A DNA stretch of 64,000 bases, taken from positions 32,001 through 96,000 of the forward strand of contig JBFWWG010000009.1 in NCBI GenBank assembly GCA_050246315.1, given 5' to 3'. The stretch comes from Nitrospiraceae bacterium (GTDB lineage: Bacteria > Nitrospirota > Nitrospiria > Nitrospirales > Nitrospiraceae). This document shows positions 1-9,294 of this stretch, in pieces (positions within the stretch are counted from its first letter, which is position 1; every line of letters begins with the position of its first letter). The notes beneath the pieces were generated by a model that saw only the letters and a list, made by a program, of their open reading frames with translations, did no database searches and was not told the DNA's origin. Made by a program: the position numbers and the translations under genes.

Positions 1-127
1 TGACACGATGGGCCAGGACGGCGGCCTTGCCGATGTAGAGGATGTCCCCCTTGGCATTCTTGAACAGATAGACGCCGGGCTGAGCCGGCAGGTGGTCAAG
101 TTTGGATTGCAGGACATCGGTCGTCAT
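1..127 (-). CDS. uvrC: Excinuclease ABC subunit C, 5' end only (runs off window)
   Basis: Manual translation from ATG at 127: MTTDVLQSKLDHLPAQPGVYLFKNAKGDILYIGKA, the GIY-YIG N-terminus typical of UvrC. Confidence 0.9.
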   Translation of the reverse strand, partial: MTTDVLQSKLDHLPAQPGVYLFKNAKGDILYIGKAAVLAHRV

Positions 128-216
128 CTGTCAACCGTCATTGGTCAACCGTAAGAATAACAGGAACAGGGCGTCGATTGCTTCGGTTGACGTCTGACGA
201 ATGACGGTTGACGACG
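121..216. repeat. Period-7 GTCAnnn / nnnTGAC inverted-repeat hairpin
   Basis: gtcaaccgtcattggtca (130-147) pairs 17/18 with tgacgaatgacggttgac (195-212); fills the dapF-stop to uvrC-start gap. Confidence 0.85.
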
Positions 217-219
217 GCG

Positions 220-1089
220 CTATTTGAGCCCGCGCACGAACGAGGGGCTGAGCGTTCCCCGCGCCACTTCCGCCACGGGGCCCTTCATCGTGAGGGCAAA
301 ATCCTTGTCCACGTCGATGCGCAGGGTGCCTCCCGGCATGTTCACGGTCACAGGACTTTGAACAAGCCCGAGCTTCACCGCGGCGCTGGCTGCGGCACAG
401 GAGGACGAGCCGGAGGCTTGCGTCTCGCCGGCGCCTCGTTCCCAGATCAGAATGAAGATCTCGCGCGGACCGGTGGGCACCGCGAGCTGCACGTTGGTCC
501 GTCGCGGAAACAATGTGTGGTTCTCCAGCGCCGGTCCCAGCGCCAACAGTTCCGCTCGGCTCCATGGTGATCCTGCCGGCTTGAAAACCACGCAGTGGGG
601 GTTCCCGACGCTGACACCGGTGAAGACGAGACGTTGCCCGGCCGCCTCGATCGGCTGATTCACCAGCTCACTCACGGCTAGAGTGCAAGGCAGGGAGGCA
701 GGTGAGAAGGTCGCCCGGCCCATCTCGACGGTGACGGAGGTGGCATCGCCTTGTCGATCCACATGCAGGGTACAGGTCACCAGGCCGCCGATGGTGTCGA
801 CTGTGAATTGGGTCTTGCGCGTCTTCTTCGTGGCGTGGAGGTACCGGGCGAAAATGCGGAGGCCGTTGCCGGACTTTTCCGCTTCGCTGCCGTCGGGATT
901 GAAAATTCTCAGGCCGAAATCGGCTTTCTTGGATGGGACCAGCGTCAGGATGCCATCGCTGCCGAGTCCCCAGTGCCGATCGCAGATGGCGCGGATGGCC
1001 TTTGAGGTCAGCTTAAAGCCAAGGTCTTTGGGGTCCATCACCAGATAGTCGTTGCCCAGCCCATGCCCGCGGAAAAACCCGTTCTTCAT
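220..1089 (-). CDS. dapF: Diaminopimelate epimerase family protein (Ser in both catalytic Cys positions)
   Basis: HGLGNDY, DGIL, NPDGSEAEKSGNG, SVGNPHCV, ERGAGETQASGS motifs; start taken at MKNGFF. Confidence 0.8.
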   Translation of the reverse strand: MKNGFFRGHGLGNDYLVMDPKDLGFKLTSKAIRAICDRHWGLGSDGILTLVPSKKADFGLRIFNPDGSEAEKSGNGLRIFARYLHATKKTRKTQFTVDTIGGLVTCTLHVDRQGDATSVTVEMGRATFSPASLPCTLAVSELVNQPIEAAGQRLVFTGVSVGNPHCVVFKPAGSPWSRAELLALGPALENHTLFPRRTNVQLAVPTGPREIFILIWERGAGETQASGSSSCAAASAAVKLGLVQSPVTVNMPGGTLRIDVDKDFALTMKGPVAEVARGTLSPSFVRGLK

Positions 1090-1101
1090 CTGCGCTCTCC
1101 T

Positions 1102-1250
1102 TGTCAAATAGCGTCAGTCGCCAAACGTCAACCGGGATGAAGAACCTACTTTGTCGATCTACGCAAGGTCAACGGGGAAGATAAGGTGTGGTGCCTCAAT
1201 GCGGGCATTGCGGGGAGTGCACTTGACGAGTGACGGATGACGCGTGACGA
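1102..1250. repeat. Period-7 GTCA/TGAC inverted repeat (degenerate left arm)
   Basis: ttgacgagtgacggatgacgcgtgacga at ~1223-1250 and scattered gtca units at ~1103-1131. Confidence 0.6.
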
Positions 1251-1254
1251 GGCT

Positions 1255-1653
1255 CTACACCAGCGCGACGCCCGGCGGCCGCTCGATCAGCTCGACTTCG
1301 TAGCCGTCCGGCGCATTGATGAAGATGAAGCGGCTTCCGGAGGAGGTGCGTGTCGGTCCGTCGGTGATGGGGATGCCCATGGAATTGAGTGTGGCGATCG
1401 TGTCGTCCAGATTCTCGACCTGGAAGGCGAGATGGACCAAATCCTCCTGCACGGTCACGGGTCCGCTTGGAGGGAAACTACAGAGTTCGATCAATTCTTC
1501 GCTGTTGGGAACTTTCAAGAACGCCAGGTGAGACCCGCGCGGCGAGACCTTGCGCTCCGACACCTCAAGGCCAAGGACCTTGGTATAGAACGAAATGGTT
1601 TCGTCCATGTCGCTCACTCGCATCCGGGTGTGGAGTAGTTTGGTGACCTTCAT
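1255..1653 (-). CDS. VOC/glyoxalase I (lactoylglutathione lyase-like) protein
   Basis: LLHTRMRVSD..FYTKVLG, HLAF, APDGYEVELIE. Confidence 0.85.
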   Translation of the reverse strand: MKVTKLLHTRMRVSDMDETISFYTKVLGLEVSERKVSPRGSHLAFLKVPNSEELIELCSFPPSGPVTVQEDLVHLAFQVENLDDTIATLNSMGIPITDGPTRTSSGSRFIFINAPDGYEVELIERPPGVALV

Positions 1654-1668
1654 CGGACCCCCTTCATG

Positions 1669-1856
1669 AGTCACTAGTCAACGGTCATTGGTCATTCGCA
1701 TGGCAGAGGGTCGTCGGTCATGAGTCATCGCTGAAGAGTCCTCCTCCCCAACCAATGGGCGTTCACCAGTAACCAATGACATCCTCTGCTCCATTGACCA
1801 ATGACCAGTGACGAATGACCTGTTGTTGCCACCAATGACGGTTGACGCCTGACGAG
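1669..1856. repeat. Period-7 GTCA/TGAC inverted-repeat hairpin
   Basis: gtcacta-gtcaacg-gtcattg-gtcattc left arm; tgaccaa-tgaccag-tgacgaa-tgacctg and tgacggt-tgacgcc-tgacgag right arms. Confidence 0.85.
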
Positions 1857-2348
1857 CTATCTCACTCTGGCCGGTCCCACCGTCTTGCGCACCAGGATTT
1901 CAGCGCTGCCGGGGATGAGGAAATCTTTGATGGCGCCGACCTCCTGGTAGCCGTGCTTCTTGTAGAACTGCCGCGCGCTCAGGTTGAAGTCCGACACGCA
2001 GGCGAACAGATTCGTGCCACGCGAAAAGGTCACCGACTCCAGATGGGTGAGGAGCTGGCTGCCGAGCTGCTGCCCGCGCGCCCAGCCGGCGACGCCGAAC
2101 AGTTCGAGATAGTCGCCGAACAGAAATCGGGGCCGCAGCACGGCGAACCCCGCCACCCTTCCGTCGAGCTCCAGCACATAGCCCTCTCGGCCGTGGGTCA
2201 GGGCGGAGAAATAGGTGTCCCAATCCGCTGCTTCGTAACCCAGGCGCTTCCACGGATCGGAGGACAGGAGGATGTCAAGCACGGCCTGCCGGTCTTGCTC
2301 GGCAAACGGCCGGACGCGGGATCGATCTATCGAGTTGGGTTGTGACAT
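1857..2348 (-). CDS. GNAT family N-acetyltransferase
   Basis: V..ARGQQLG acetyl-CoA motif, N..ARQFYKKHGY. Confidence 0.85.
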   Translation of the reverse strand: MSQPNSIDRSRVRPFAEQDRQAVLDILLSSDPWKRLGYEAADWDTYFSALTHGREGYVLELDGRVAGFAVLRPRFLFGDYLELFGVAGWARGQQLGSQLLTHLESVTFSRGTNLFACVSDFNLSARQFYKKHGYQEVGAIKDFLIPGSAEILVRKTVGPARVR

Positions 2349-3052
2349 GCCAGCAGGTCCGTGACGGTCACGGGACGCAATTGCGCGTGGGACAGCACGG
2401 TCTCGTCCAAGGCTTGGATGACTTCGCGGGTGTGCTTGCCCTTGCCATTGGCATGGAACACGACGATGCTGCCCGGGCGAAGTCGCCGCACCACGCGGTC
2501 GAGGATGGCGTTGGCGGTGAGCGTGGGATCAGGATCGCCCGAGACAAGGTTCCACAGGATGAACTGGAGTCCCAGCGATTTGACCACCTGCACCGTGACG
2601 TCGTCGTATTCTCCGTATGGAGGCCTGAATAACCCGGCGGAGAGGTGATAGCGAGAGCGCATCAAGGAGACTGCCCGGAAGATTTCCGCTCGCTGGCCCG
2701 ATTCATCCAACAGCGGGAGATGGGCATGGTCCTCGCCATGCGTACCGATCTCGAAGAACGGTACGGCCTGCAGCGCGCGCACATCGTCCTGATGCTGTTC
2801 CGCCCAACGGCCGGACACGAAGAAGGTCGCCGGAATCTCGCGAGCCTGGAGGTAGTCGATCAGGGCCGCATCGAAACCGGGCTTGGCGCGCACCGGACAG
2901 AGGTCGAACGTCAGCGCGATGTTCCGGCAGGCGGAGGGACCGGCCGTGATCACGTCTGCGTGGCCCGCGTGGATTGGACGTACCGCTGGGGGCGCGCCGA
3001 TGAGGATGAGGAGGACGAAGAGACCAAGACGAGCCCAGGTGGCGGATCGCAT
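2327..3052 (-). CDS. Polysaccharide deacetylase (NodB/CE4), exported
   Basis: IALTFD, H.EDH, FRPPYG, IVVFH motifs; N-terminal signal. Confidence 0.85.
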   Translation of the reverse strand: MRSATWARLGLFVLLILIGAPPAVRPIHAGHADVITAGPSACRNIALTFDLCPVRAKPGFDAALIDYLQAREIPATFFVSGRWAEQHQDDVRALQAVPFFEIGTHGEDHAHLPLLDESGQRAEIFRAVSLMRSRYHLSAGLFRPPYGEYDDVTVQVVKSLGLQFILWNLVSGDPDPTLTANAILDRVVRRLRPGSIVVFHANGKGKHTREVIQALDETVLSHAQLRPVTVTDLLACHNPTR

Positions 3053-3201
3053 CAGGCGCAGTATACCTGAAGGTCAGTCCTGCCACACCTGCGGAATCGA
3101 ATCTCGCGGCAATGTCCGATCGGTTGACTGGTCCTTTCGACGCCTGCTAGGTTGATAAGAACGGCCGGTCTCCGGCGGTTCGCAACGGGAGAACAGGACA
3201 G

Positions 3202-4404
3202 ATGTTTCATTTCACGAGCAGGCAGGGTTGGCAGATCGGCCGGATCTTAGGTATCCCCATCGTCATCCACGTGTCCTGGCTGTTGGTCTTTGCGTTCGTG
3301 ACCTGGACATTGGCCACCACGTACCTGCCCGCGGCGCTTCCCGGCCAATCGATCCCTCGCTATTGGGCCATGGGAGGCATGGCCGCTCTGTTACTGTTCC
3401 TCTCGGTCCTGCTGCATGAGTTGGGACACTGTTGGGTCGCGCTGCGTTACCACGTACCGATCGGCCAGATTACGCTCTTCGTGTTCGGCGGCGTCGCGCA
3501 TATGAAGAAGGAACCGCCGACCCCGAAGGCGGAGTTCCTCATCGCTATTGCCGGCCCGATCGTGAGCTTCGGCTTGGGCGCGGCCTGCCTGGGGTTCGGT
3601 ATCGTGAACGATCTTGCCGTCCTTCGTCCAGATCTGCATGGCCTCACGGTTCTGGGGTGGCTCCTCGGCACCGTCAATCTGCAAATCGGATTATTCAACC
3701 TTATTCCCGGCTTCCCGTTGGATGGGGGGCGAGCCCTGCGGGCCGGGCTCTGGGCCTGGTCCAAGGACTTTTACGCCGCGACTCGTCGATCGGCCGTGGC
3801 GGGCCTCGCCTTCGGGGTGCTGCTCAGTTGTCTGGGTGGGTCGCTGATGATCGGCGCGGGGTTGCACCTGTTGGAAGCGTCCTTGATCACGACCGGCATG
3901 TGGGTGGCGATGATCGGGTTGTTTTTGTTTGCCACCGCGAAGGGTACGCGCCAACAGGCCGTGTTCCGCGAAACCCTTGCCCACGTTACCGTGTCTGAGC
4001 TGGTCACGCAGTCGGTGATTTCGGTGCCGGCGACCCTGACGATCGAATCGGCGGTCAAGGGCTATTTCCTCCCGCACGGCTTCTCAGGGTTTCCGGTCGT
4101 CGAACAAGATCAGTTGGTCGGTCTGGTGACTGTGCAAGATCTGCAACGCGTTCCTCAAGGGCTCTGGCCCTGGCGAGAGGTTCGGGAGGTGATGCGGCCT
4201 TGGTCGGCGGAGATGGAGATTTCGTCTGGTGCGACCGTCCTACACGCGCTGGAGCAGATGGGGATCGCGAACCTTGATCGGCTGATCGTCAGACAGGAGG
4301 GACGGATCGTCGGTGTGCTCACCCGTTCGGCCGTGTGGCGCTATCTGAACTTGCGATCGCAAGGCCGTGCTTCGTCCAAGGTTGACCCACCGCAAGCCGC
4401 GTAG
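3202..4404 (+). CDS. Site-2 protease (M50) with tandem CBS domains
   Basis: HELGH, NLIPGFPLDGG, C-terminal CBS pair. Confidence 0.9.
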   Translation: MFHFTSRQGWQIGRILGIPIVIHVSWLLVFAFVTWTLATTYLPAALPGQSIPRYWAMGGMAALLLFLSVLLHELGHCWVALRYHVPIGQITLFVFGGVAHMKKEPPTPKAEFLIAIAGPIVSFGLGAACLGFGIVNDLAVLRPDLHGLTVLGWLLGTVNLQIGLFNLIPGFPLDGGRALRAGLWAWSKDFYAATRRSAVAGLAFGVLLSCLGGSLMIGAGLHLLEASLITTGMWVAMIGLFLFATAKGTRQQAVFRETLAHVTVSELVTQSVISVPATLTIESAVKGYFLPHGFSGFPVVEQDQLVGLVTVQDLQRVPQGLWPWREVREVMRPWSAEMEISSGATVLHALEQMGIANLDRLIVRQEGRIVGVLTRSAVWRYLNLRSQGRASSKVDPPQAA

Positions 4405-4467
4405 CGGGGTGTCGAAAAAACCTATCAGTCTGTACTCCCGAGTGGATGGTCGTTGCCTGCCAAATTG

Positions 4468-4556
4468 CCGTCAAGCGTCATGCGTCAAGCGTGTGGGAAG
4501 AGAAAGGTCCGTGGAAGATGTTGCGCATCTTCCCGATTGACGAGTGACGGATCACG
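4468..4556. repeat. Period-7 GTCA/TGAC inverted repeat between convergent genes
   Basis: cgtcaag-cgtcatg-cgtcaag left arm; ttgacga-gtgacgg-atcacga right arm. Confidence 0.7.
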
Positions 4557-4569
4557 ATCGGCCTTGTTG

Positions 4570-6003
4570 CTAGGCGGCGCTGGCCCGCCGCTTTCCCCGC
4601 CTGGATGCCTGGCCTCGTTCGTCCGCCATGGTCACGAAAAGTATCGCTAGGTTCTGTGCGATGCTGACTCGGATGAGTGTCAAACAGAGGATCGCGCCGT
4701 AGATGACGCAAAAGAAGTTGAACGCCACAGTCGAATATTCGGCCAGGATCAGCGGCATGAACAGCACGAAGATCGAGCTGGCGATCAGGAGGCCGAACAA
4801 CAAGCGTTGGCAGAAATGAAACGCCGGCTGTTCATGGATCGGCGACAGGTCGGCCCGGTACCGGGCGGCGCGGGTTTCCCTCGCCGCCCGGATCGATTCG
4901 TCCGCAGGACCCTTCGCGCGGGTATAGAGGTAGCCGGCCAGCATGACCGCCCAGGGAGCCGACCATAGGGGCCAGTACTCGCGCCCCAGATAGGTCTCGG
5001 AGGAAACCAGCACGGCAAAGGACGGTGCATAGAAGAGCGCCAGCACCAACGGCGCCACGCGATTGTCCTTCGGCGGTCCCTCTTCGTCCTGCCCGAGAAC
5101 CAGTTCCTGTTCGAACAGGGGGTAGCCCCGCTTGACGAGAACTAAGGCGACGGCGGCGCTGACCACCTTGTCGGGAATGTAGAGCAGACAGGTCTGGAGC
5201 CAAGCGAGCACCCCTTCGCCCCAGCGCAGATCCCCCGCGCTTTCGACCAGCGAGTCGAACCGATTCGCGAGGGCGTCTCCCCAGAGGGCCACGCCTTCCT
5301 GAAGCGTGCTGAGCAACATGGCGTTGAGCGTCACGCCGGAGGACTGATCGACCACGGACTGGACGATGGCACCGGGGACGCTCATCACGCAGGCCCCCAA
5401 GACGCCGAACGTCAACAGGAATTGCAGATGGGACAGGACCGACGCATGACCGGTCCGCAGGTACGTCCGGAACTGGTCGGTGCGGGCCAAGGATCCCCAC
5501 ACGAAGGCGCCGGTCATGTTTACCAGCGACCAGGGAAAAATCAGAAGATCGGGATCGTCGTGAGGATACAGCAGCCAGTTGACCAGCGAGTTGGTGAGCA
5601 ACGCCACTCCGGCGCCCCACCAGGGACCAAGCAGGATGGCCGCGAACGCGGTGCCCACCATGTCGAAGAACAGGATGCTTTCCAGTCTCAAGCTGAGAAG
5701 CATCCCCACATAGTTCAAGAGAATCCCCGCGCCGAAGATGAACGCCAATTCTGACGGCACGAGATAGACGGGGGCCGGTCCCAACCAGGTAGGCCACCGG
5801 ATCGTCCAGAACCGGTCGGTGGGGTCCTCCTCCTCCGGTGTGATGGAAGACCGAGGGTCTGCTTTGTCGCCGGCTCGTTCGGCGGCCCTGGCTTTGGCTG
5901 CGGCAGCTCGCTCGGTCCAGCCGATCACTCGCTCGATGATGGTCAGTACCGCGGCGATGAGCCCTGCGAGGGCTCCAGCCATGGCGATCGTTTCTCGTTC
6001 CAT
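4570..6003 (-). CDS. Polytopic membrane protein with ECF S-component-like segment
   Basis: 477-aa ORF with many TM segments; FFDMVGTAFAAILLGPWWGAGVALLTN resembles ECF S components. Confidence 0.6.
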   Translation of the reverse strand: MERETIAMAGALAGLIAAVLTIIERVIGWTERAAAAKARAAERAGDKADPRSSITPEEEDPTDRFWTIRWPTWLGPAPVYLVPSELAFIFGAGILLNYVGMLLSLRLESILFFDMVGTAFAAILLGPWWGAGVALLTNSLVNWLLYPHDDPDLLIFPWSLVNMTGAFVWGSLARTDQFRTYLRTGHASVLSHLQFLLTFGVLGACVMSVPGAIVQSVVDQSSGVTLNAMLLSTLQEGVALWGDALANRFDSLVESAGDLRWGEGVLAWLQTCLLYIPDKVVSAAVALVLVKRGYPLFEQELVLGQDEEGPPKDNRVAPLVLALFYAPSFAVLVSSETYLGREYWPLWSAPWAVMLAGYLYTRAKGPADESIRAARETRAARYRADLSPIHEQPAFHFCQRLLFGLLIASSIFVLFMPLILAEYSTVAFNFFCVIYGAILCLTLIRVSIAQNLAILFVTMADERGQASRRGKRRASAA

Positions 6004-6136
6004 GTTGGGTCAGAGGTTCCAGCGACGAGGCTGTCTGGAAAGGCGGAGCCATTCTATCGTGGGATCGAAAGCCCGCCTAGGGAATCGCCAAAACCTGCGC
6101 AGCCGTTCGCCGCACGAAAAGGACGCCCTGAGGAAA

Positions 6137-7612
6137 CTAAGGAAGCGGGAGCAAGGAAGAGGTCGTGAGGGAGATCAAGGGACCGGGGAACAGGCCGAAG
6201 ACAATGACCCCGACGATCGCGCTGACCAAGACGATGGTGAGCGCCGGGGACGGTGCCAGCATGGAAACAGCCGCAATCTGTGGGTCCGATTCGCGCATGT
6301 ACATCACCATGACGACCCGGAGGTAATAATAGGCCGAGATGGCCGCAAAGATCACAGCGGCCACCGCAAGCCACGTCAGTCCGCTATGGACTGCCGCCAT
6401 GAAGAGATAGAATTTGCCGATGAACCCGGCAGTGGGCGGAATTCCGGCGAGGGAGATCATGAACACCAACATGAGCAATGCCGCCGCCGGTTGGCGTTTG
6501 GCCAATCCGGTGAAAGATTCGATCTCCTCGCTTTCCAGTCCATTCCTGCGGAGCAGCGCGACGACCGCAAACGCGCCGATCGTCATGAAGGCATACACCG
6601 CCATATAGAACATCACGCTGGAAAGCCCCTGCGCAGCCTCGGAAGCCCGGCTGGAGCCGGCCGCCACCACGCCGATCAAGGCATAGCCCGCATGGGCGAT
6701 GCTGGAATAGGCCAGCATACGCTTCATGTTCGTTTGAACGATCGCGACCAGATTGCCGATCAGCAGAGTGGCGAGGCAAACCGCGATCAGGAGGCCCGAC
6801 CAGTCGCCCTTGAGGCCTTGAAGTCCTTCCAGAAAAACGCGCAAGAACGCCGCGAAGCTCGCCGCCTTGGAGGCCACCGCCATAAAGGCCGTGACGCTCG
6901 TCGGCGAACCTTCATACACATCGGGCGTCCACATGTGGAACGGCACGACGGCGAGCTTGAAACCGAATCCGACAACGAGGAGCACCATTGCGAACAACGA
7001 CATGGGATTGTCGAGCCCGGTTTGGCCGATCCCGGAGGCGATCGCGTTCAACTTGGTGCTGCCGGTCACGCCGAAGAGCAGAGAGATGCCATAGAGAAGA
7101 ATGCCGGACGAGAAGGCGCCCAGGACAAAATATTTCGCGGCGGCCTCGAGCGAGCGGGTTTCGTATCGCTTGATTCCGGCCAGAATGTACAGGGAGAGCG
7201 ACATCAGTTCCGTGCCCAGATAAATGGTCAGGAGGTCGTTGGCCGAGACCATGACCATCATGCCGAACAGCGAGAGCAAGAGAAAGCCGTAGTATTCGCC
7301 CAGGACCAGACGCTCCTCCTTCATATAAGCGAGGGAGAGCAGGATCGTCAGGCCTGTGACCACATAGAGCAACAGCTTCCAAAACCCTCCATAGGCGTCG
7401 ATGATGACCAGGTCGCTGAACAGGAGTGTTCGTCCTTCCAGGTGGGCCGCCGTGATGCCGCAGCAGATGGCGAGGGCCGCGAGGCTCAGCCAGGCCAAGG
7501 TGTCTTTGCGCGCAGGGGCGGTGATCGGGTCCAGCACTAAAACCAGACAGGCTGCTGCCACGACGATCAATTCAGGAAGCACGCCGAGCAGATCTGCCAT
7601 CGACGGCATCAT
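6137..7612 (-). CDS. nuoN: NADH-quinone oxidoreductase subunit N
   Basis: EAAAKYF, FKLAVVPFHMWTPDVYEG, KRMLAYSSIAH; last gene of operon. Confidence 0.95.
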   Translation of the reverse strand: MMPSMADLLGVLPELIVVAAACLVLVLDPITAPARKDTLAWLSLAALAICCGITAAHLEGRTLLFSDLVIIDAYGGFWKLLLYVVTGLTILLSLAYMKEERLVLGEYYGFLLLSLFGMMVMVSANDLLTIYLGTELMSLSLYILAGIKRYETRSLEAAAKYFVLGAFSSGILLYGISLLFGVTGSTKLNAIASGIGQTGLDNPMSLFAMVLLVVGFGFKLAVVPFHMWTPDVYEGSPTSVTAFMAVASKAASFAAFLRVFLEGLQGLKGDWSGLLIAVCLATLLIGNLVAIVQTNMKRMLAYSSIAHAGYALIGVVAAGSSRASEAAQGLSSVMFYMAVYAFMTIGAFAVVALLRRNGLESEEIESFTGLAKRQPAAALLMLVFMISLAGIPPTAGFIGKFYLFMAAVHSGLTWLAVAAVIFAAISAYYYLRVVMVMYMRESDPQIAAVSMLAPSPALTIVLVSAIVGVIVFGLFPGPLISLTTSSLLPLP

Positions 7613-9192
7613 GGGGTGTCATCCTCTGCCAGGGAAGCAAGTTGCCCGGCCGTCTTATCCTCCGCGCCGTCCAAACCGCGGTCCGAACTGCGTCCCGGCC
7701 GGTCCGCGTGGGCCGGCGGCGCGTCGGTCTCGCCCGAAGTGTCGCCGCCGAATTCCAGGAGATGGTTAACGGAACTGTGCATCGGGCTCAAGAGGACGTT
7801 CGGAAAGAAGCCGAGCCAAAACACGAAGACGATCAACGGCACGAAGGTCGCCATCTCGCGCAGGCTCAGGTCGGACAGGTGGCCGTGTCCCGGAGGGGTT
7901 CCGAATACCACCCGCTGCACCATCCAGAGGAGGTAGGCGGCGGCGAGAATCACTCCGAGTGCGGCGATCGCCGTGATGATCTTGCTGACCAGAAAGGTCC
8001 CGACCAGCACCAGAAACTCGCCCACGAAACTGTTGGTGCCGGGCAATCCCAACGAGGATAGAGCGAAGATCACCAGAAAGGTCGCGTAGCGGGGCATCGG
8101 GCCGGCGAGGCCTGTGTTGTCGGCGATCATCCGGCTGTGTGTCCGTTCGTAGATGGCGCCGACGCAGAGAAAGAGTCCGCCGGTGGTGATGCCGTGATTC
8201 ACCATCTGCATGACGGCTCCTTCGATCCCTTGCTGGGTAAACGTGAAGATGCCCAACGTGACGAAGCCCATATGGCTCACGCTGGAATAGGCGATCAATT
8301 TTTTCAAGTCGGCCTGGGCCAGGGCCATGTAGGCGCCATAGATGATGGCGATCACGGACAGGAGAATCATGGCCGGCGCAAACCGTTCGCTGGCGTCCGG
8401 CAGGATCGGCAGGCTCAACCGCAGGAACCCGTAGGTGCCCATTTTCAGCAGAATGCTGGCCAAAATGACGCTTCCGGCCGTCGGTGCCTCCACGTGCGCG
8501 TCGGGCAACCAGGTGTGGAACGGGAACATTGGCACCTTCACCGCGAAGGCGGCGAAGAAGGCCAAGAACAACCAGGTCTGCATGGTCGGGCTCAGGTGCA
8601 GCCGTGTGAGGGCGAGGATGTCGAAGGTTTGCCCTCCCTGGAAATACAACACCAGAATCGCAATCAGCAGCAGGAAGCTCCCGGCCAGGGTGTAGAGAAA
8701 GAACTTGATCGCCGCGTAGAGTCGGTTCGGTCCTCCCCAGACGCCGATCAGGAGGTACATGGGAATCAGCATGGCCTCCCAAAACACGTAGAAGAGGACG
8801 AAATCCAACGCGAGAAACACGCCAACCGTGGCCGCCTCCATGAGCAGCAGCGTGATCATGAAGCTCTTCAGCCGCGTCTGGATCGCATGCCAAGAAATGA
8901 GCACGCAGAAGGGCATGAGAAATGTCGTCATCAGGACCAACGGAAGACTGATGCCGTCGATGCCAAGCCGGTAGACGATCGGCGGTGACGGGATCCAGAC
9001 CGCTTCCTCGACGAACTGCATGCCGGTTGTCATGTGATCGAAACCGAACCAGACGGGGAGCGAGAACACAAACTCCAAAATCGTCACGACGAGCGCGGTG
9101 ATCCTCAAAGACTGCTCGCGCGAGAAGGCGAGTGCGAGCGCCCCTGCGACGGGGAAAAAAATCAAGAGGGTGAGCCAGGGAATGCTCGTCAT
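7609..9192 (-). CDS. nuoM: NADH-quinone oxidoreductase subunit M
   Basis: KVPMFPFHTWLPDAHVEAP, LKMGTYG, YSSVSHMG. Confidence 0.95.
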   Translation of the reverse strand: MTSIPWLTLLIFFPVAGALALAFSREQSLRITALVVTILEFVFSLPVWFGFDHMTTGMQFVEEAVWIPSPPIVYRLGIDGISLPLVLMTTFLMPFCVLISWHAIQTRLKSFMITLLLMEAATVGVFLALDFVLFYVFWEAMLIPMYLLIGVWGGPNRLYAAIKFFLYTLAGSFLLLIAILVLYFQGGQTFDILALTRLHLSPTMQTWLFLAFFAAFAVKVPMFPFHTWLPDAHVEAPTAGSVILASILLKMGTYGFLRLSLPILPDASERFAPAMILLSVIAIIYGAYMALAQADLKKLIAYSSVSHMGFVTLGIFTFTQQGIEGAVMQMVNHGITTGGLFLCVGAIYERTHSRMIADNTGLAGPMPRYATFLVIFALSSLGLPGTNSFVGEFLVLVGTFLVSKIITAIAALGVILAAAYLLWMVQRVVFGTPPGHGHLSDLSLREMATFVPLIVFVFWLGFFPNVLLSPMHSSVNHLLEFGGDTSGETDAPPAHADRPGRSSDRGLDGAEDKTAGQLASLAEDDTP

Positions 9193-9294
9193 GCTAGCTC
9201 CAACCGGATGCTGAAAGGGTCCGCCCGCCGGGCACCCGCCCGGCGGGTGAGAATGGTGACCTTGTGGCGCATCCTCCGATGAACCCTCAACTCC

